The notes beneath the pieces are model-generated. The model was given only the letters and a program-made list of their open reading frames with translations, had not been told where the DNA came from and ran no database searches. From Candidatus Dormiibacterota bacterium (GTDB lineage Bacteria; Chloroflexota; Dormibacteria; Aeolococcales; Aeolococcaceae), in assembly GCA_963754015.1 (NCBI GenBank), contig CAVWEG010000004.1, forward strand, positions 332,734 through 396,733: a stretch of 64,000 nucleotides of DNA, given 5' to 3'. How positions within the stretch are numbered: the first letter of the stretch is position 1; the number at the start of each line of letters is the position of its first letter. The translations under genes were made by a program, and so were the position numbers. Shown here one piece after another: positions 57,768 to 64,000 of the stretch.

Positions 57768-58493
57768 TTAGGACCAGTCGTTGCGCTCGCGGTTCTTGTA
57801 GTTGCGCCGCGCCATGAACGCGGCGGCTTCGGCGCGTCGTGACAGCCCGAGCTTCAGCAGGATGTTCGAGACGTAGTTCTTCACCGTCTTCTCGGCGAGG
57901 AACACTTTCTCGGCAATCTGCCGGTTCGTCATCCCCTCGGCAACAAGGTCGAGGATCTTTCGCTCCTGCGGGGTCAGCTCGCTGATTCCGTCGTTTGCCT
58001 CCGTCCCCTCGCCGCGGAGCCGGGCGAGCACTCGCGCGGTCACCGTCGGGTCGAGCAGCGAATCCCCCCGGGCGACCTGCTGGATCGCTCCGACGAGATC
58101 GCCACCCCGCACCTGCTTGAGGACGAACCCGGCCGCCCCGGCCATGATCGAGCTGAACAGCGCTTCGTCGTCCGAGTGCGCTGTGAGCATGAGCACCTTC
58201 GTGTCCGGGAACGCCGATCGGATCTCGCGACACGCTTCGATGCCGGATCGGCCGGGAAGACGGACATCCATGATCACGACGTCGGGAGGATCCGCATGAG
58301 CCGCCTTGAGCGCGGCATCGGCATCGCCAGCCTCGGCGATGATCTTGATCCCACCGACTCCGTCAAGGATGCTGATGAGTCCGCGACGCACCAGCTCGTG
58401 GTCATCGCAGAGCAGCACCCGGATCACAGGCTCATCGGGCACGCCTTGCACTCTAGCAGTGCCCACCCTTTGACTCGGACCATCGGCGTCCAA
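57768..58493 (-). CDS. Two-component response regulator, NarL/LuxR family
   Basis: Receiver-domain Asp pocket (VVIMDVRLPGRSGIEA) and a C-terminal LuxR HTH (LTPQERKILDLVAEGMTNRQIAEKVFLAEKTVKNYV). Confidence 0.85.
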   Translation of the reverse strand: MDADGPSQRVGTARVQGVPDEPVIRVLLCDDHELVRRGLISILDGVGGIKIIAEAGDADAALKAAHADPPDVVIMDVRLPGRSGIEACREIRSAFPDTKVLMLTAHSDDEALFSSIMAGAAGFVLKQVRGGDLVGAIQQVARGDSLLDPTVTARVLARLRGEGTEANDGISELTPQERKILDLVAEGMTNRQIAEKVFLAEKTVKNYVSNILLKLGLSRRAEAAAFMARRNYKNRERNDWS

Positions 58494-58513
58494 CGTCGTG
58501 ACCTATTGCTCTA

Positions 58514-59050
58514 GTGCGACTCCGTCTGGAGCCTGATGATCGATACAGGCCCACCATGAGCACCATGCTTCTCCACGACTTCGCATATGTTCCGATTCCG
58601 TCGGCGCGAGTTTGTGAACACATTCTCGCCGGCGACGGAGCGTGGCTCGCTCCGCTCGCGGGCGCAGCAGCCGGCGAGGGCGAGGCGCTCCGCCTGCGGG
58701 TTGGGCCACTCGAGGCGCTCCCGATGCTCGGCAAGTCAGTCACGGTGTCCGTGGGATTGCCGATCTCGCGGAGCGACGTCATCGTCGTGCCGCTCGAATG
58801 GCAGGCGACGACCGCGCCCGGGCTCTTTCCTGTCCTCAGCGCGGATCTCGAGATTGCGAGCCTCGGCGAGCACATGACTCAGTTGACGCTGCACGGACGC
58901 TACGACCCGCCACTCGGCGCGGTCGGCCGGCGAATGGACCGGCTCCTCATGCATCGCATCGCGGAAGCCACGGTTCGAGGCTTCCTCAGCCGGCTCGCGG
59001 ACGGGCTCGCGGGGTTGGAGCATGTCGACGCAGGTCTGGCGGCTCGCTGA
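58514..59050 (+). CDS. Hypothetical protein
   Basis: ORF track. Lies between the regulator and kinase genes. No motifs recognised. Confidence 0.3.
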   Translation: MRLRLEPDDRYRPTMSTMLLHDFAYVPIPSARVCEHILAGDGAWLAPLAGAAAGEGEALRLRVGPLEALPMLGKSVTVSVGLPISRSDVIVVPLEWQATTAPGLFPVLSADLEIASLGEHMTQLTLHGRYDPPLGAVGRRMDRLLMHRIAEATVRGFLSRLADGLAGLEHVDAGLAAR

Positions 59051-59104
59051 GCAATCAAGCTCGCCGACGGTCCACAGCAGCCGACCCGACTATGATCGCG
59101 AGGC

Positions 59105-60715
59105 ATGGACGTGATCGGGAGCCGGGCAGAACGGCTGCTGGACACGGGCCTGGCGCTTGCGGCCGAACTTTCGCTGCCGGCACTCCTGCAACGCATCGTC
59201 GAACTCGCTGTTGAGCTGACGGAAGCGCGCTACGGGGCCCTTGGCGTGCTCTCGGGAGACGGAACACAGCTCGACGACTTCATCACCGCCGGCATGACGG
59301 AGGCACAGCGTTCCGCCATTGGTGCCTTGCCGCGTGGAGCCGGTCTCCTCGGCGAGCTCATCCGAGAGCCCGAGCTGCTCCGCCTCTCCTCCATCCAGTC
59401 ACATCCCCGTTCGTATGGCTTTCCCCCAAACCATCCGCCGATGCAGTCCTTGCTCGGAGCGCCGATCCGTGCCCACGGCCGGGTGTTCGGCAACATCTAT
59501 CTCACCGACAAGCAGGGCGCGCCGGAGTTCACCGACGACGATGAGGCGGCGGTGCTCGTGCTCGCCACGCAGGCAGGCGTCGCCATCGCGAACGCGCAGC
59601 TCTATGCCGCCGTACAGTTGCGCGAGCGCTGGTTGGAGGCGGTGCGCGCAGTCGCCACCACACTGCTCTCCGGCGACGCCGCGCATACGGCGTTGCAGCT
59701 CGTCGCGAAGAACGCGCGCGAGCTTGTCAGCGCCGACATGGCGACGATCAGCATCCCCGAGGCCGGCGGCTTGCGCATCATGGTTGCGGACGGCGCCGGC
59801 GCGACGGAGTTGATCGATGTCGAGGTGCAACTGGCAGGGAGCCTCTCCGAAGAGGTGATCCGCACCGAACGCACGCTGGTGGTTGAGGACGCGAGGACAT
59901 CCACACTCATGCAGCCGATGGTGAGCATCGCCGGCGTCGGCCCGATGATTCTCGTTCCGCTCGCACTCCGCACCAGCTCACCCGGGGTGCTCGCGGTCGG
60001 GCGCCTCGCCGGCCGTCAGAGGTTCACTGCGGCCGATATCCCTTTGCTGGAAAGCTTTTCCGAGCAGGCGAGTCTCGCACTCGAGTACGCACGCGCGCTG
60101 TCGGAAGTCTCTCGGCTCGGGATGGTCGAGGATCGCGAACGCATTGCCCGCGACCTGCACGACGGCGTGATTCAGTCGCTCTTCGCAGTCGGCATCGGTC
60201 TGCAGGGCATGGCCGGCCTGGTCGCCGACACGCGCCTTGCAGATCGCATCCAGCAATACGTCGGCGAGATCGATCGGGTGATCGGCGACGTTCGCAGCTA
60301 CATCTTCGGATTGCGGCCGAGTGTCTTGACTGCCGGCAATCTGACGAACACGCTCGAGCAACTTGCTCACGAGACACAGGAACGTACCGGTGTCACGGCA
60401 ATCGTTGACGTCGACCTCTCACTCGAGACGGCGCTCACCGATGCGTCCATGCAGATCGTTCACATCGTCCGTGAAGCTCTCTCGAACGTCGAGCGTCATG
60501 CAGGCGCTGCGACGTGCCGCATCAGCGTCCGCCGCGACGGCGACTCAGCAATCGTCGAGATCGACGACGATGGCCGCGGGTTCGAGCAAGCCGGCGCACA
60601 CCGAGGGATGGGCATGGGGAATCTCGCCGAACGCGCCGACGCCATCCACGGCACTCTCGACGTCGAGTCGAACCCCGGGCGCGGGACCCTCATCCGGCTC
60701 ACCGTTCCGCTCTGA
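59105..60715 (+). CDS. Sensor histidine kinase with tandem GAF domains (DosS/DevS-like, HisKA_3 type)
   Basis: Two GAF-like regions, an H-box ERERIARDLHDGVIQSLF, and HATPase motifs (N box EALSNVERHA; G boxes DDGRGF and GMGMGNL). Confidence 0.8.
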   Translation: MDVIGSRAERLLDTGLALAAELSLPALLQRIVELAVELTEARYGALGVLSGDGTQLDDFITAGMTEAQRSAIGALPRGAGLLGELIREPELLRLSSIQSHPRSYGFPPNHPPMQSLLGAPIRAHGRVFGNIYLTDKQGAPEFTDDDEAAVLVLATQAGVAIANAQLYAAVQLRERWLEAVRAVATTLLSGDAAHTALQLVAKNARELVSADMATISIPEAGGLRIMVADGAGATELIDVEVQLAGSLSEEVIRTERTLVVEDARTSTLMQPMVSIAGVGPMILVPLALRTSSPGVLAVGRLAGRQRFTAADIPLLESFSEQASLALEYARALSEVSRLGMVEDRERIARDLHDGVIQSLFAVGIGLQGMAGLVADTRLADRIQQYVGEIDRVIGDVRSYIFGLRPSVLTAGNLTNTLEQLAHETQERTGVTAIVDVDLSLETALTDASMQIVHIVREALSNVERHAGAATCRISVRRDGDSAIVEIDDDGRGFEQAGAHRGMGMGNLAERADAIHGTLDVESNPGRGTLIRLTVPL

Positions 60716-60725
60716 GCGCCCCGCC

Positions 60726-61280
60726 GTGCCCGACTATCCGTCCGGCTGGGAGTTCGACGTAGTCCTCGCCGACGGCGGCGCCGCGCAGGTTCGGCCCATT
60801 CGCCCCGACGATGCGGCTGCACATCGAGCCTTCTTCAACCATCAGTCCCGCGAGAGCCGGCACTCTCGCTTCTTCGGCACGAAGGTCGCAATCAGCGCCG
60901 CCGAAGTGGCGCGTTTCACGAACGTCGACTATCACGACCGCATGGCGTTCGTCGCCTTCGTTGGCGAGGAGATGATCGCGGTGGGCCGCTACGAACGACT
61001 CGAGAACAGCAGCGAAGCTGAGGTCGCTTTCGCCGTCGCGGACGACCAGCAGCGCCGGGGCTTGGCGACACTCGTGCTCGCGTACCTCGCCTCCTATGCG
61101 CGCGGCCACGGCATCACCCGATTGTCAGCAGACACGCTGTCCGGGAACGGCCCGATGCTGGCTGTCTTCGGAGCGGCCGGCTTCCGTCGCGACGGACCGT
61201 CGATGGAATTCGGCGTCGTACATCTCGCCTGCGACATCGATGCGGCCGGAGAGACGCGACCTTCACCGCACGAGGACTAG
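60726..61280 (+). CDS. GNAT-family N-acetyltransferase
   Basis: GTG start just after the kinase stop. Acetyl-CoA-binding motif QQRRGLATLVLAYLASYARGHG. Confidence 0.65.
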   Translation: MPDYPSGWEFDVVLADGGAAQVRPIRPDDAAAHRAFFNHQSRESRHSRFFGTKVAISAAEVARFTNVDYHDRMAFVAFVGEEMIAVGRYERLENSSEAEVAFAVADDQQRRGLATLVLAYLASYARGHGITRLSADTLSGNGPMLAVFGAAGFRRDGPSMEFGVVHLACDIDAAGETRPSPHED

Positions 61281-61438
61281 GGCCGAAGGTCCCGCGTCCT
61301 ATGGGGCGCAAGGCCCGTTCCGGCACGGCGGCGCATGCAGAAAGTCATGCCTTCCTGCTCTGTTGGCGAAGGGTGGTCGGGCATGACGATGGGTGCACGG
61401 TCAGATGGCCGCACAACCAACACTAAAGGAGCTACACC

Positions 61439-62032
61439 ATGACCACAGGAATGCGCTGGCGGATCTTCGTCCTCCAGATCGGCCTCATCGGCATCTTCGC
61501 GTTCGTCGCCGGATTTGCCTTCTGGGGCAGCAACTTCGCGACGAGCCAGGTTTCGAGCCAGCTCGCCGCTCAGAAGATCTCCTTCCCCGCGGCCAACGAC
61601 GCCGCCCTCGCCTCGCTGCCCGCGGCCGATGCCGCAGCCATGAGGGTCTACGCGGGCCAGGAACTGACCACTGGTGCGCAGGCTGAGACCTACGCGGATC
61701 ACTTCATCGCCGTTCACCTCAAGGAGATCGGTGGTGGCCAGACCTATTCGCAGCTGAGCGCAGCTTCGCAGGCGGATCCCACGAACACCAAGCTCTCGGG
61801 TGAAGTGGCGACCATCTTCAAAGGCACCACGCTTCGGGGCATGTTGCTGAACGCCTACGGCTGGGGCGAGATCGGGACGATCGCCGGTTACGCGGCAATC
61901 GGTATCGCCATCGCCACGCTCGCAGTGTTCGGAGCCTTCCTCTTCGAGATCGTCAGCTGGCGCCGCTCTGTCAGCAAGGAGCGGACGACCCATCTGACCG
62001 TTCCCTCCATGCGCAGCGCAAACGTCGCCTGA
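61439..62032 (+). CDS. Two-TM membrane protein
   Basis: N-terminal TM WRIFVLQIGLIGIFAFVAGFAFW and C-terminal TM IAGYAAIGIAIATLAVFGAFLF. Confidence 0.45.
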   Translation: MTTGMRWRIFVLQIGLIGIFAFVAGFAFWGSNFATSQVSSQLAAQKISFPAANDAALASLPAADAAAMRVYAGQELTTGAQAETYADHFIAVHLKEIGGGQTYSQLSAASQADPTNTKLSGEVATIFKGTTLRGMLLNAYGWGEIGTIAGYAAIGIAIATLAVFGAFLFEIVSWRRSVSKERTTHLTVPSMRSANVA

Positions 62033-62044
62033 CGCATCGGGGCC

Positions 62045-62840
62045 TTGCCCCGGCGACCCATCGGCCACTCGGTCGGTGGGTCGTTTTCGTGTCTGGCGAG
62101 CCGCACAATCGCTCCTATGCCGACGACGTCAGACCTCTTGCATGACGGGGAGCTGTTCGCCTTCTTTCAGACGATCGCAGCCGGCGACGTCATACAAGTC
62201 TCTCGGGCTCTCGACTCAGATGAGGAGCGGTTCGCGCTCCAGGCGATGCGCGTCGGATCGAGCCGCCAGGAACTCGACGACGTACTTCCTCGATGCTGTC
62301 CAGCACCACATCTACGCTGGTGATACGGGACTGCACATCGCCGCTGCCGCTTACGCCCGACGCCTGGCGCAACTGCTTGTCGACAAGGGGTCCCCGGTGC
62401 GTGCGCGAAATCGACGTGGAGCCGAGCCGTTGCACTACGCCGTCGACGGGAACCCCGACGGACCGCGTTGGGCGCCGGATGCGCAGCGAGACGTCATCGC
62501 CTGCCTCATCGCGATGGGTGCCGACCCAAATGCATGCGACAACAGCGGCGTCGCGCCGCTGCACCGAGCTGCTCGCACCCGCTGCTTCGCCGCGGTGCAG
62601 GCGCTCCTCGAGAATGGCGCCGACCCGCGGATAACGAACAAGAGTGGCTCAACACCGCTGCACCTCGCGGTGCAGAACACCGGGAGGGGCGGGTCGGGAA
62701 CAGCAGCGGCGCAGATGCAGCAGGCACGGATCATCGAGCTCCTTCTGCAGCACGGCGCGCGGCCGACGGACATCGGCGCGAGCGGCAAGACCGTGACCAC
62801 ATCGGCAACCAGCAGATGGGTCCGGGACCTGCTCACGTGA
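62045..62840 (+). CDS. Ankyrin-repeat protein, apparent frameshift near 62285
   Basis: At least three ankyrin repeats (GDTGLHIAAAAYARRLAQLLVDKG; GAEPLHYAV; GVAPLHRAARTRCFAAVQALLENGADP; GSTPLHLAV). The N-terminal ~80 aa is encoded in an overlapping frame (ORF 62045-62323) that joins at a cttcctc run. Confidence 0.6.
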
Positions 62841-62931
62841 GCATGTCGCTCACGATCTGCTCCCCGCCGCGCGTTCCCAAGGCTCGCTCGGTACACCGCC
62901 GCGATCGCACCTTCCCGTAGCATCGTCAGGA

Positions 62932-63618
62932 GTGAACCAGGCTGCGGCAGCGACCTCGACCCGCCTCCACCTGGTTCGGCATTGCGACGTCCGCAATCCC
63001 GACGGCGTCCTGTACGGGCATCTCCCCGACTTCCCGCTCAGTGAGAAAGGCGTCAAGCAGGCGCACGCCCTCGGCAGGTATTTCGCCGGGAAGTCGATCC
63101 CACAGATCTATTCGAGCCCGCTGGAACGGGCACGCCAGACCGCCGAGATCATCGCCTCGTACCTCGACTCGGTGCCGATCACGTACACGGACGATCTCAT
63201 CGAGACGAGGTTCGGTCTCTACCTCCAGGGCATCCCGCCGAAGCAGGTGCCCTGGCGCCGGCCGCTCTGGCTGATCCACATGATCTGGCCCGGTGTGCTG
63301 CCGAACGACGAGTCGGTCGCCGACCTCGCCGCACGCGTGCAACGGCCGCTCATGCAGCTGCTCGCTGACCACCCGGGTCAGGGCGGCATCTGCGTGAGCC
63401 ACGGCGATCCGATCCAGGGATTCTGGGTCACCGCCGACAAGCGGCCCCGCTACGCACTGCATCGCCTGCAGTGCGCCAAAGGCGGCGTTCTCGAGCTCGA
63501 CTACCTGGGCACAGCGCTCGAGAAGCTCACATACCTCTCCCCCGCCAGAATCGCCGAGCTCGCGCCCGAGGCCGATCAGACGGCCGCGGGTTCTCGATCC
63601 GGGTCCGGATCCGGCTGA
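62932..63618 (+). CDS. Histidine phosphatase family protein (phosphoglycerate-mutase-like)
   Basis: N-terminal RHG-type motif LHLVRHCDV and a downstream SSPLERARQTAE. Confidence 0.75.
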   Translation: MNQAAAATSTRLHLVRHCDVRNPDGVLYGHLPDFPLSEKGVKQAHALGRYFAGKSIPQIYSSPLERARQTAEIIASYLDSVPITYTDDLIETRFGLYLQGIPPKQVPWRRPLWLIHMIWPGVLPNDESVADLAARVQRPLMQLLADHPGQGGICVSHGDPIQGFWVTADKRPRYALHRLQCAKGGVLELDYLGTALEKLTYLSPARIAELAPEADQTAAGSRSGSGSG

Positions 63619-64000
63619 GGCTCGCCGCTCGACTCCGACGACCAGCGGCGGTCGAGGGTGATGGGGTTGCGTCGCTTGCGCTGGCGGCGCTCGAGGAACG
63701 GTCTGAGGTAGAGCTTCGTGAGCAGGCCGGTCATGATCAGGATGAACGAGGTGTAGACGAGCAGCACGCCCTGGTCGTCGTTGACCTGGAACAGTGAGTA
63801 CTGGTGGACCGACGGGAACGAGATCGTGAAGTCCACTGGCTTGCCGTTCACAGTGTCGATCGGCAGCTGTACCGACTGCCCGAGCAGGATCGGGATGACG
63901 TGGCCGTCGCTGAAATACGCCTGCATGTTGGACGTGTCGAGCTGGTTGACGTTCTGCGGCCCACCGCTGTTGAGACCGAGGTTGCCGACGTAGAGCTGCA
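63576..64000 (-). CDS. Membrane protein, C-terminal part (the gene probably continues beyond the window end)
   Basis: The ORF frame is open to the window edge. A hydrophobic helix VLLVYTSFILIMTGLLTKLYL precedes a basic and then acidic tail. Confidence 0.3.
   Translation of the reverse strand, partial: QLYVGNLGLNSGGPQNVNQLDTSNMQAYFSDGHVIPILLGQSVQLPIDTVNGKPVDFTISFPSVHQYSLFQVNDDQGVLLVYTSFILIMTGLLTKLYLRPFLERRQRKRRNPITLDRRWSSESSGEPQPDPDPDREPAAV

Overview
This is a high-GC (roughly 65-70%) actinobacterial-type chromosome segment with two distinct parts.

**Accessory region (1 to ~24.1 kb).** An integrated or accessory region ends on the right at a tyrosine integrase (22504-23811). Next to it lie an AT-rich stretch of paired direct repeats and tRNA-Ser(GGA). 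The region carries several coupled cassettes of unknown or defence-like function:
- a four-gene operon encoding a SIR2-like protein, a PRTase-domain protein and two unknown proteins;
- a MacB/FtsX-type ABC exporter with an unusually large extracytoplasmic domain;
- a 62-aa peptide with 10 Cys, followed by a MauE/DoxX-like membrane protein, a MauD/TlpA-like thioredoxin, an ABC exporter and a stand-alone S26 signal-peptidase homolog;
- a membrane protein coupled to a membrane-anchored CMP-kinase-like P-loop protein;
- a tightly coupled operon of a radical-SAM enzyme, an MT-A70-type (DPPW) methyltransferase, an ASCH protein and a CMP-kinase-like protein;
- a coiled-coil/HTH-XRE/ImmA-IrrE metallopeptidase fusion next to a nucleotidyltransferase-fold protein.

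**Core region (~24.5 to 64 kb).** This part is ordinary core genome:
- a second tRNA-Ser(CGA);
- a sugar-acid oxidative (Weimberg/Dahms-like) gene set (SDR, Zn-ADH, SMP-30 lactonase, IlvD/EDD dehydratase, two Gfo/Idh/MocA);
- ABC exporters, tadA, nth, mdh, a HAD hydrolase, sdhCAB, gltBD, a glycerophosphodiesterase and two SAM methyltransferases;
- tRNA-His and tRNA-Arg;
- a cytochrome b6-like gene set;
- a DosRS-like GAF histidine kinase with a LuxR-type regulator;
- a GNAT, an ankyrin-repeat protein and a histidine phosphatase.

No CRISPR array or rRNA was seen. At least seven conserved genes (mdh, gltB, gltD, the FtsX permease, the HTH-ImmA gene, the ankyrin gene and the radical-SAM gene) are split by single-base frameshifts. 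The pattern fits homopolymer indel errors in the assembly, so ORF boundaries and pseudogene calls need caution.
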